A stretch of DNA of 64,000 bases from a bacterium. Lineage in GTDB: Bacteria > Patescibacteriota > Minisyncoccia > Phycocordibacterales > UBA918. The stretch lies in assembly GCA_043719295.1 (NCBI GenBank), contig JAYSUD010000006.1, positions 17,318 through 81,317 on the forward strand, given 5' to 3'. The notes beneath the pieces are model-generated. The model was not told the origin of the DNA and did not search any database. It worked only from the letters and a program-made list of their open reading frames with translations. Positions 56,406 to 64,000 of the stretch are shown here, one piece after another. How positions within the stretch are numbered: the stretch's first letter is position 1; each line of letters opens with the position of its first letter. The position numbers and the translations under genes were made by a program.

Positions 56406-56831
56406 TCAGGCCACCTCGGCCGATTTCCATTGAATCTCAACCACAATATCAAGGTTTCTGCCTTCAGTGGCCAAAACTGCATAGACGAAAGGATGTTTTC
56501 CGCCCTTCGATTCGATTGCTTGCTGGCACACTTTCTCACCCATATAACCCCGAAGGGCAAAATAAGCAACAGCGTCGATAGCAAGCTCAGTTGTTTCGTA
56601 GCGACCCTTGCCACGATACGCCATCATCGCCTCAACCCAAACGGCCGAACGATATTTTCCTTCGCCGACAGCATCGTTAAAAAAGACTTCACCATCAACG
56701 TACACTCGTACCTGTGCAATGCACACATCAGAAACAACTTCATAACCAAGTTGTTTAGCTGCAATATCACCATTTGATACAACTGCCCCTAACTCACCGT
56801 CAGGTACAAAGTTGAATCCCAAAAATGACAT
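56406..56831 (-). CDS. Hypothetical protein of 141 aa.
   Basis: ORF adjacent to dapD. The [32 protein letters not shown] sequence gave no recognised motif. Confidence 0.45.
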   Translation of the reverse strand: MSFLGFNFVPDGELGAVVSNGDIAAKQLGYEVVSDVCIAQVRVYVDGEVFFNDAVGEGKYRSAVWVEAMMAYRGKGRYETTELAIDAVAYFALRGYMGEKVCQQAIESKGGKHPFVYAVLATEGRNLDIVVEIQWKSAEVA

Positions 56832-56949
56832 ATTTTACCCCTTCCCCTTTTCAAAACCCCACAACGGGGCGGGTCTATCCAAGTCGTACGCTATCACAAA
56901 AACCCTTGTCGAGCAACGAAACTACAGCTTCTTAATCTCCGCAATCAAT

Positions 56950-57897
56950 TCAGAAAATTTCTTTTAGAAAGGATTCAAAAATGTATTTTCTAGCCACTTC
57001 ACCATCAGCTGAAAATTTATGGTTGCTTTCTGGTAATGAAATGAGTTTAGATTTTGAATGTGCCATATGAAGGTCAAATGCACCCTTAAATGGACAGAGA
57101 ATATCATGTCGACCATGAACAATAACCATTGGGATATCTTTGATTTGAGGAATATCTCGCAATAATTGATTCTCTTTCAGAAAAAAAGAATTGGATTCGT
57201 AGTGCAAAAATATCTTTACCGAAGCAATATCTTCATCTTTTACGTCCACTGCTGTTGCATAAGATACATCAGAGGATGACGTCATGAGGTTGCCTTCCCA
57301 ATTTAAAACAGCAGCTACAATCTTTTTCTGTTCATCCATGTCCATAGTTTGCAGTTTCTCAAGAAGTACTTTTGAAGAATTAGATAAATCAGCTCCGTAT
57401 GCTGTTAGTTTTTCTTCTCGTTCTTTCCAAACATCTGGAAATAATACAGCAACTCCATCAGGTTTAGTAAAACTCCATTCAATTGCTATTTTATCAGCTA
57501 GAAAAATTGCACACAACAGTAAACCTTTTATCCGTGTAGGAAATGATTCTGCATACGCTAGTGCTAGTGTTGAACCCCAACTTCCTCCTGTGACAAACCA
57601 AGATTCAATACCTAAATGTTCTCTGAGCCGCTCCATATCTGCGACAAGTTTCTCTGTTGTATTATTTTCAATTTTACCTGCTGGAGTACTTTTGCCACAC
57701 CCACGCTGGTCAAATGTTATGACGTGATATATTTCCAAGTCAAAATTTTTTACATGTTTTGCTCTACTCTTTGATCCTGGTCCACCGTGCAATGAAATAA
57801 TTGTTTTACCGTTTGGGTTACCATATTGCGAAAAGGATACAGAATGTCCATCTTCTTTGGCTAAAAATCCTTCATTAAATGCTGTAGGGTTGTACAT
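56950..57897 (-). CDS. pip: Proline iminopeptidase (alpha/beta hydrolase).
   Basis: ISLHGGPGS...FDQRGCGKS...GGSWGSTLALAYA. Confidence 0.85.
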   Translation of the reverse strand: MYNPTAFNEGFLAKEDGHSVSFSQYGNPNGKTIISLHGGPGSKSRAKHVKNFDLEIYHVITFDQRGCGKSTPAGKIENNTTEKLVADMERLREHLGIESWFVTGGSWGSTLALAYAESFPTRIKGLLLCAIFLADKIAIEWSFTKPDGVAVLFPDVWKEREEKLTAYGADLSNSSKVLLEKLQTMDMDEQKKIVAAVLNWEGNLMTSSSDVSYATAVDVKDEDIASVKIFLHYESNSFFLKENQLLRDIPQIKDIPMVIVHGRHDILCPFKGAFDLHMAHSKSKLISLPESNHKFSADGEVARKYIFESFLKEIF

Positions 57898-57904
57898 AAT
57901 TCAA

Positions 57905-58828
57905 TTATAACCACTTATTTCGTTTAAACATATACACTACCCCCACAACCAAAAACACAATAACTAAAAGTACCATCCAAAATGCATACGGGTTGTCACC
58001 AAACGGTATTTGAACGTTCATACCAAACAACGACGCAACAATCGTCGGGACGGTAAGAATGATGGTCAAAATAGTGAGGGTTCGAATAGTCGTGTTTAGT
58101 TTGTTTGTTAAAATCGCCTCTGACGCAGAGCGTATATTCTGAATAGTCTTCAATACAGAGCGAGTAGAATCAACGAGCTGACTGTTTGCAATCATAAGGT
58201 CCTGCATGAGCTCCACATCTTCGTTATAGAGTTGCATAAAGTTGCCGGAGGTTACTTGTTGTAGCCATGCGTTAGTAGGCACAAGTGCAGTCACAATATC
58301 GTTCAGGTCATTTTCGAAATCTACAAGGCGTTCAATTTCACGAGAACCAATCTTCCGCAATCGCGCTCTGTCGCGTTGTACAAGTTTTCGGAAACGTACA
58401 AGTTCCTTTTCGTATGAGTTTGTAATACTATCCATAATCTGGATAAAAAACTTTGCCTTCTGGGTTGTAGTGATTGATTCTGTTCCTTCAATAAACCTTT
58501 TAAATTGGGGTACTTCACGAACTGCAAAGGTAAGCAAGAAGGATTCACCAATAACAATCAAAAGGGGTGCAGTTCCACTATCTTCTGTTTTTTCATCATA
58601 CGGATAGCGTGTAAAAAAGTAAGTCACTCCCCCGCCACGCTCCATACGTGGAACCTCGAAAAAGTCACGAGCGTCTTCAAGTACTGCATCATCAAGCGCA
58701 TACTCTTTCACAATCTGAGCAACTTCTTCGTCAGTTGGGGCAACCACATGTGTCCACACCCCCGTCCGAATCTCTTCAACAGTTTTTAGTTCTGTATCTT
58801 GAACGGTTTTGAAGTAATGAGTAATCAT
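57905..58828 (-). CDS. corA: Magnesium/cobalt transporter CorA.
   Basis: C-terminal transmembrane helices carrying the GMN motif (LFGMNVQIPFG). Confidence 0.85.
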   Translation of the reverse strand: MITHYFKTVQDTELKTVEEIRTGVWTHVVAPTDEEVAQIVKEYALDDAVLEDARDFFEVPRMERGGGVTYFFTRYPYDEKTEDSGTAPLLIVIGESFLLTFAVREVPQFKRFIEGTESITTTQKAKFFIQIMDSITNSYEKELVRFRKLVQRDRARLRKIGSREIERLVDFENDLNDIVTALVPTNAWLQQVTSGNFMQLYNEDVELMQDLMIANSQLVDSTRSVLKTIQNIRSASEAILTNKLNTTIRTLTILTIILTVPTIVASLFGMNVQIPFGDNPYAFWMVLLVIVFLVVGVVYMFKRNKWL

Positions 58829-58893
58829 GAAGCATGTAGTATAGCCATAGTAGCCTTATTTTACCAATAGTAACAATCTGTTACTATATTTGT

Positions 58894-59289
58894 ATGAAAT
58901 TTTACGTTGCAGGAAGATATAGTCATGAACCAAGTAGGCTACTAATTCAAGAAATGATTGCAAAACTTACTGAACTTGGACATGAATGTACTTTTAATTG
59001 GACTACAGGCCCTACATGTAAGCCTTATGAAGATAATCTAGCACTTACCAAAGAAATGACAATCAAAGCTACTGATGCTGTTTTAAAAGCAGAACAATTT
59101 ATCATGGTAAGTCACCCAGAAGGTACTGGCATGTATGTTGAATATGGACTTGCGCTAGCAGAAAACACGAGGACAGGAATTCCTAAGCTGTATCTCATTG
59201 GTGAATATCAAAATTGTTCAATGTTCAACTACCACCCAAATGTAATCTGGAAAAATTCTTTAGAAGAAATTTTGGAGGATTTGCAATAA
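58894..59289 (+). CDS. Nucleoside 2-deoxyribosyltransferase-like protein.
   Basis: N-terminal MKFYVAGRYS, about 130 aa, Rossmann-like. Confidence 0.45.
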   Translation: MKFYVAGRYSHEPSRLLIQEMIAKLTELGHECTFNWTTGPTCKPYEDNLALTKEMTIKATDAVLKAEQFIMVSHPEGTGMYVEYGLALAENTRTGIPKLYLIGEYQNCSMFNYHPNVIWKNSLEEILEDLQ

Positions 59290-59297
59290 TCAGAAAT

Positions 59298-59336
59298 ATA
59301 AAACACAAAACCCGGCCAATTTCCAAAGGCCGGGGT
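59298..59336 (-). terminator. Terminator for the 59366..59770 gene, CCCGGCC-tttggaaatt-GGCCGGG plus TTTTGTGTTTTAT on the minus strand.
   Basis: GC hairpin plus U-run. Confidence 0.65.
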
Positions 59337-59365
59337 GAAAAATCTATCGTGGATGAAAATATGGC

Positions 59366-59770
59366 TTATGTTTGCCGCCAAACGTGTACATGAACTTGGC
59401 CACGCGTAAGGAATCGTTTGAGATTCATGTGCATCTGCAGCACTAGATTCATAGCTTCATTCACAATACCTGGACCAAAGAACAAGAGCGCATCCTCACG
59501 GTCATCTTCATCAACCTCGAAGTCCCCTGTCCCATGGGCCGAAACCCGACGAAGAAGAAACACGGCCATACGGAGGTTGCTTACTGCAAGAACGACATCT
59601 TCTCCTCTTTCACCAACATCAATGGTGAAATGAGTCAGATGATGACTGAGTTCCTGAAGCATTGCTTCGTTTTCCCAATTGGTGTTTTGGAGATTGAATT
59701 TTACCCCAACCCGGGCAAAATTCGCCTCCATGTTTCCTTCAACAAGAGCGACGAGATGCGGTACAGTCAT
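59366..59770 (-). CDS. Hypothetical protein of 134 aa, encoded in a locally GC-richer (~48%) stretch.
   Basis: GGAGG lies 7 nt before ATG 59770 (MTVPHLVALVEGNMEANFARV...). No motif was recognised. Confidence 0.5.
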   Translation of the reverse strand: MTVPHLVALVEGNMEANFARVGVKFNLQNTNWENEAMLQELSHHLTHFTIDVGERGEDVVLAVSNLRMAVFLLRRVSAHGTGDFEVDEDDREDALLFFGPGIVNEAMNLVLQMHMNLKRFLTRGQVHVHVWRQT

Positions 59771-59973
59771 TCCAACCTCCAAAAATGTTGTGCATAGGTG
59801 CACGTATTCGGTACAATATCATTTTTGTAGAGAATTACAATACAGTATGTATTCGCATTTTTATTGAGTTGGTGGTATGATTTTGGTCGCGAATGAGTAG
59901 GGATACGGGGTGTATGCAAAGCATACAACCTTTCTTCGCTCGAACATCGTGTGTGGCAAGCAAGGCTTGCACA

Positions 59974-60031
59974 TTTGTTTGAAACTATATAAAACGAAAG
60001 TGAACTTTAGTTTTATATAGTTTCAAACAAA
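59974..60031. repeat. 22-bp perfect inverted repeat, TTTGTTTGAAACTATATAAAAC-(14 nt)-GTTTTATATAGTTTCAAACAAA, upstream of tRNA-Pro.
   Basis: Perfect arms and AT-rich. Confidence 0.7.
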
Positions 60032-60062
60032 TACCACTTCACACTCGACGTTACTCGCTCAT

Positions 60063-60133
60063 CGGGGTGTAGCATAGTGGTAGTGTACTCGGTTTGGGAC
60101 CGAGCGGTCAGGGTTCGATTCCCTGCTCCCCGA
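60063..60133 (+). tRNA. tRNA-Pro (anticodon TGG).
   Basis: Acceptor CGGGGTG/CTCCCCG with one U-U mismatch; anticodon arm CTCGG-TTTGGGA-CCGAG; T arm CAGGG-TTCGATT-CCCTG; discriminator A. Confidence 0.8.
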
Positions 60134-60137
60134 CTTC

Positions 60138-60186
60138 ACAATAAGAAAATCCCCAAAGGTGCTCCTTTGAGGATTTTCTTATTGTC
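60138..60186 (+). terminator. Long hairpin, ACAATAAGAAAATCC...GGATTTTCTTATTGT, after tRNA-Pro.
   Basis: A stem of about 20 bp. Confidence 0.65.
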
Positions 60187-60218
60187 GGCTGAAATTTCGG
60201 ACCTATATTCACACATTT

Positions 60219-60887
60219 TTATTCTTTTTTAAAAAATCGATTCCACACCAAAAGTCCAACCTCAAACAGAATCCAAATACCTATAATTTTTAATACCAGA
60301 ACAAAATCAAGAAGCAGTAATGCCGATTCCCCAAGTGAGTACACCAACACCCCCCAGAATGTATTCCAAATGACTACAGCTATAACCATTAACATTAAAA
60401 ATCTTTTGTACCTCAGCTGAAGAATCCCAGCTGCAGTTGAGGTAAATGAAGCAAGTCCAGGATTCCAAAATGTATAAAATATATACCGAGTATCATTTTT
60501 AACTATTTTTGCTTGTGCATTGGCAATGCCATTTTGCATCCCCAGTTTTAAGAAAATCCTATACCAGCCATATTTTCCAAACAAATAGTTTAGAGTATAG
60601 CCACTCAACATTCCAACACTCACAGCAACAACAGCCAAAAATGCATGAAAAGTATCTGGAGCGAGGGCAACACCCAGAAAAATGATGACACTCCCCGGAA
60701 AGTAAAAACCTACAAAAAGTAGGGCTTCAAGAAATGAGCCCACTACAATAAGTATCAAACCATATTGTGTTAGCCACTGTGTAACCACACCTGTCATCTC
60801 TACATCAGAAGGCAAATCGAGTAGCTTCCAGACAATAGTGAGCAGAGCAACTAACACAAACCAAAATAATGCTGGCTTAAGTCCCAT
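60219..60887 (-). CDS. DedA/VTT-family membrane protein.
   Basis: Polytopic membrane protein with a DedA-like layout, including YFPGSVIIFLG. Confidence 0.6.
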   Translation of the reverse strand: MGLKPALFWFVLVALLTIVWKLLDLPSDVEMTGVVTQWLTQYGLILIVVGSFLEALLFVGFYFPGSVIIFLGVALAPDTFHAFLAVVAVSVGMLSGYTLNYLFGKYGWYRIFLKLGMQNGIANAQAKIVKNDTRYIFYTFWNPGLASFTSTAAGILQLRYKRFLMLMVIAVVIWNTFWGVLVYSLGESALLLLDFVLVLKIIGIWILFEVGLLVWNRFFKKE

Positions 60888-61061
60888 ACAAACATGATAT
60901 CATGGGTAGCATATCTTTTACTCTGAGCTCAAAAAACAAATTTCTCTACAAAAGTTCGAGTTCGGATCTCGAACTTTTACATTTTAGTTCGTAATCATAC
61001 CTAATCTTAAAAAATACGGTAATATATTAGTATTGTGTAATTAATATATCCCCTACCATTC

Positions 61062-62033
61062 ATGGACTACCTTATTGCTTTTATACTTATTATTCTATCA
61101 GCGCTATTTTCAGGACTTACCCTTGGGCTGTTTACACTTGATAAGCACAGGTTGAAGCGACTAGCGACTCTTGGAGACAAGCACGCCGCACGTATTTATC
61201 CGCTTCGAGAAAATGGCAACAGATTACTGACAACACTTCTTCTTGGTAATGTGACCGTAAATACTATTCTAGCAATATACCTAGGCACTATGTTAAATGG
61301 CATGACTGCAGGTATTGTAGCAACGGGGCTCATTTTTGTATTTGGCGAAATCATCCCACAAGCAGCTTTTTCACGGCATGCACTTGCGTTTGGCTCATTT
61401 ACTGCGCCATTTGTGACGCTTGTATTATTTATTTTCTACCCTATTGCATACCCAATTTCAAGAATACTCGACAGAATACTTGGCGATGAACTCCCAAAAA
61501 CATATACAAAGGCTGAGTTTATGCACATTATCTCGGAACACGAAGATTCTGAACACAGCCCTATTGATGCTGATGAGGAGCGTATTGTCCACGGAGCACT
61601 ACAATTTTCTCACTTAAAGGTGACTGAGGTTATGACGTCAATTGAAAAGGTTGTTATGTTCAGTAGTGCACAGAAGCTAACTCAAACATTCTTTGATACC
61701 GTTGCAGAAGAAGGATATTCACGATATGTGGTATATAAAGAAAATAAAGAAAATATTGTCGGTATCTTATATGCAAAAGATCTCCTTGCTGAAGATGAGA
61801 ACATCACTATTGAGCAAACTGAAGAAGCATTTGAAACAAATTTCCTTAAAGTTCGAGATCAAGACCTTCTTGATGGTGTACTCACAAAAATGCTTAAAGC
61901 CAAAAAACACATTGCAGTTGTGTACACAAAGCACCATATCGCAGTTGGAGTTATTACCCTTGAAGATATTATTGAAGAGATAATCCAACAAGAAATTGAA
62001 GACGAGGACGACGCGGAGGACCAGATTACATAA
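61062..62033 (+). CDS. CNNM/CorC-family transporter with a DUF21 transmembrane domain and a CBS pair.
   Basis: N-terminal four-transmembrane DUF21 domain, followed by CBS-like repeats and an acidic C-terminus. Confidence 0.75.
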   Translation: MDYLIAFILIILSALFSGLTLGLFTLDKHRLKRLATLGDKHAARIYPLRENGNRLLTTLLLGNVTVNTILAIYLGTMLNGMTAGIVATGLIFVFGEIIPQAAFSRHALAFGSFTAPFVTLVLFIFYPIAYPISRILDRILGDELPKTYTKAEFMHIISEHEDSEHSPIDADEERIVHGALQFSHLKVTEVMTSIEKVVMFSSAQKLTQTFFDTVAEEGYSRYVVYKENKENIVGILYAKDLLAEDENITIEQTEEAFETNFLKVRDQDLLDGVLTKMLKAKKHIAVVYTKHHIAVGVITLEDIIEEIIQQEIEDEDDAEDQIT

Positions 62034-62062
62034 AGGACAGAGTGTCCTTTATGTACCAAACG

Positions 62063-62458
62063 TTACCCAGCAACGATATTTTCAATATAATTGACTGTTG
62101 CGTACTTTTCCTCTACCACCATACGCACTGCAACAACATCAATCTGCCAAGCGCCTTCATACGAACGATCACTAATCCAGGTTTCAATTGACTTCCCTAT
62201 CTGATGTAATTTAAATTGATGCACCTGTTCTTCAGGTCTCCACGTTCCACATGAAACTGCATACCGAAGTTTCTCTTTAGTTTCATATGAAACACTTTTT
62301 ACTTCTACAAAATGCACCATACCATCTTTTGATGCGACAATATCAAGTTCACCCCACTTGCGCCAATAGTTTATATCTAAAACAGTAAATCCCCTCTTTT
62401 TAAGATAATTTGCAGCAATTTTTTCACCGTAATCACCTATGACTTTTGTGTTTTTCAT
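62063..62458 (-). CDS. yraN: YraN-family (UPF0102) endonuclease.
   Basis: GDYGEKIAANYLKKRGFTVLDINYWRKWGELDIVASKDGMVHFVEVKS. Confidence 0.8.
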   Translation of the reverse strand: MKNTKVIGDYGEKIAANYLKKRGFTVLDINYWRKWGELDIVASKDGMVHFVEVKSVSYETKEKLRYAVSCGTWRPEEQVHQFKLHQIGKSIETWISDRSYEGAWQIDVVAVRMVVEEKYATVNYIENIVAG

Positions 62459-63448
62459 TTTATTGAATTAGATTTGCAGTATTTGTTCCATGTGGAACTG
62501 TAATAATGTTTCACGTGAAACGTTATCATTCTGTTATGTGCAAAGTTTTTCATGAAAATTGAGATTATAGTTATATTTTCAAGCATATTATATAAGACTA
62601 ACAAAATTGCAATTTTGTCCCTTATACACATATCCACTCGCTTATCCACTGTTTTTGACCTTTATGAACATCTGCTGGATGTATGAATTAAGCATGTATC
62701 TTTCAAAAACACTACATTGCAACCTATTAATGGTAGTTCCACATGAAACAACGAGCAAGATGGGGGAGTGTACAATGCAAAAAATGCCCCATAATGGGGC
62801 ATTTTTTAGTATTCAAACACGTCTTGATCACCCAGCCGGAACAGACCTTCATCTATTCGTTTCTGATCAAGAAAATGTCCTATAAATCCGACTGAACGGG
62901 GGATTATGAACAGAGCATTGAAGAACTCTATACCTAGGAGCTCTTGAATATGTTCCACGTCGAACATTTCTTTCTGCTCTAGATAGTCCAAAAACAATGC
63001 TGCTACAGTACCATCTACGTTTAATATAAGGTTATCCCGTTTTTTTGATGTTTCACGTGCAACTTCTTCGGCAAAGAGGAGGTATTTTGGATTTGCAATT
63101 GCAGATTTACCAAGTGCTATAAGTTCGGAAACTCGCGGGTCAGGTTTGTATACGGTGTATTTTTTGTGACCTATTCCTGCAATATATTCACGTTTCTTAC
63201 TGTAGAGCGCCACTAGCTCTTGCGGTGTTGTTCCATGTGAAACACTTTCAAACCACACTTTCCCCGCATTATTCATAGCTCCACCAAATCGATCACCGAT
63301 AGTGAGAATACCTGTTGCAAGAGCTGAACCCATATCACGTCCTGCCCTTGTAGTAATAATTGTATTTACTGCACCTGATACATGCGGTCCATGGTCAATC
63401 AATTCCGAGAATATTGTATCTGCAAACGCGACTGTTTCATGTGAAACG
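62243..63448. promoter_or_regulatory. Cluster of eight parS-like 16-bp palindromes with consensus tGTTyCAyrTGrAACa. They are candidate ParB binding sites and lie in yraN, the intergenic region and the citrate-lyase-like gene.
   Basis: Sites at 62243, 62279, 62484, 62507 (TGTTTCACGTGAAACg), 62735, 63049, 63229 (TGTTCCATGTGAAACA) and 63433. None is present elsewhere in the window. Confidence 0.7.
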
Positions 63449-64000
63449 CTATTCCGCTGTAGCACACGCATTAAAATACCTTCAGTAAAGCTTGAGGCTT
63501 TTTTCTCACGTGTGTACTTTGGTGCACTGAAATGCGTTGATTTTATTGTGGTACTTCGCAAGGTAAAGTCTCGTGCACCTATAACCTGTGCTTTTTCTTT
63601 TGAAAGGGAAGTAAACGCTGTCATGAAGTCTGCAAATGTTTCACAAACACTAACCCCAACAACTCGCAACGCCACCATCTTAGCTTGGGCAGTTTCATCT
63701 TCTGTTTTTGCAAGCGCTTTTGCATGTCCAAATTGAATTTTTTCATCTTTTGATTTAAATCGTCCAGCAATATATGCAACTATTGGCTTCGTTATTTTTT
63801 TGTCCTTTATAGCCTCTATGAGGTCGTATTCATCACGACCACCCAATTCTCCGAAGTAGACAATCTCTTTCGTCTGTGGGTCGTTTTGGGCCATTGTAAT
63901 CCATTGTAAGGGCGACGTGATAGGAAAGCGGTCGCCACCAAATGCAACTGCAAAACTAATTCCTGATCCAGCTGCCACAATCTGGTACATAAGCTCGTTA
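62806..64000 (-). CDS. ATP-citrate lyase / citryl-CoA-type protein, a succinyl-CoA-synthetase-alpha-like CoA-ligase domain fused to a citrate-synthase-like domain. It is 5'-partial.
   Basis: ...VAYIAGRFKS... is SCS-alpha-like. C-terminal ...FIIPRSVGFIGHFLDQKRIDEGLFR... is citrate-synthase-like. The ORF is open to the right window edge. Confidence 0.65.
   Translation of the reverse strand, partial: NELMYQIVAAGSGISFAVAFGGDRFPITSPLQWITMAQNDPQTKEIVYFGELGGRDEYDLIEAIKDKKITKPIVAYIAGRFKSKDEKIQFGHAKALAKTEDETAQAKMVALRVVGVSVCETFADFMTAFTSLSKEKAQVIGARDFTLRSTTIKSTHFSAPKYTREKKASSFTEGILMRVLQRNSVSHETVAFADTIFSELIDHGPHVSGAVNTIITTRAGRDMGSALATGILTIGDRFGGAMNNAGKVWFESVSHGTTPQELVALYSKKREYIAGIGHKKYTVYKPDPRVSELIALGKSAIANPKYLLFAEEVARETSKKRDNLILNVDGTVAALFLDYLEQKEMFDVEHIQELLGIEFFNALFIIPRSVGFIGHFLDQKRIDEGLFRLGDQDVFEY

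Noticed and set aside
56006-56581. ORF 56006..56581(+) of 191 aa.
   Set aside because: It lies entirely antisense to dapD, and its translation is a low-complexity Ser/Pro/Arg string.
1-64000. CRISPR arrays, retron ncRNA/RT, restriction-modification or other known defence cassettes.
   Set aside because: No regularly spaced direct repeats, no reverse transcriptase, no methyltransferase or endonuclease pair and no transposase or integrase ORFs were seen anywhere in the window.

Overview
This ~64 kb segment comes from a low-GC (~39%) bacterial chromosome with small, tightly packed genes. Gene order is scrambled relative to model bacteria. The content resembles a reduced-genome lineage such as Patescibacteria/CPR or a Firmicutes-like relative; that placement is inference.

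Gene content, left to right:
- **1-10.4 kb:** an island of secreted and surface proteins. It holds two tandem paralogous giant proteins (signal peptide, SH3b-like domain, beta-helix, discoidin-like domain, thrombospondin-type-3 Ca-binding repeats, C-terminal SGNH hydrolase), a TSP3-repeat membrane-anchored protein, a metzincin protease, a vWA protein and a PKD+PA14 protein.
- **10.4-24.3 kb:** rpsG-rpsL with no fusA/tuf downstream, a secreted coiled-coil protein, an M50 protease, rpmB, a split ComEC (the MBL-domain gene lies 1.5 kb from the channel-domain gene, with sod and a membrane-protein gene between them), RNase HI, recJ, a HIT protein and pgk-tpiA.
- **24.5-33.2 kb:** a type IV pilus operon (pilB, pilC, three pseudopilins) and nusA. 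A separate major pilin gene lies at 43.2 kb.
- **33.3-48.5 kb:** a Fic protein with a divergent HTH protein, ppaC, tig, gtrA-like, clpP, rny, a PDT-only pheA-like gene, hup, the major pilin, and a two-component system next to DUF4956 and VTC-domain genes.
- **48.5-64 kb:** a tRNA-Gly(TCC) locus with a tadA-like deaminase and a small hypothetical gene, an S1C serine protease, upp, an ECF sigma/anti-sigma pair, dapD, pip, corA, tRNA-Pro(TGG), dedA, a CNNM/CorC transporter, yraN and a 5'-partial ATP-citrate-lyase-like gene.

The most notable non-coding signals:
- A dense cluster of eight parS-like 16-bp palindromes at 62.2-63.4 kb, including sites inside coding sequence.
- tRNA-Gly(TCC) followed by three ~135-180 bp elements whose inverted termini copy the tRNA 3' end.
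- Two further families of structured intergenic repeats (5 and 3 copies) that show compensatory stem changes.
- A conserved terminator-like leader hairpin, with a compensatory base change, ahead of both giant secreted-protein genes.
- A multi-hairpin leader upstream of nusA with mutually exclusive stems.
- A four-half-site palindromic operator overlapping the fic promoter.

No CRISPR array, integrase, transposase, reverse transcriptase or obvious defence-island genes are present.
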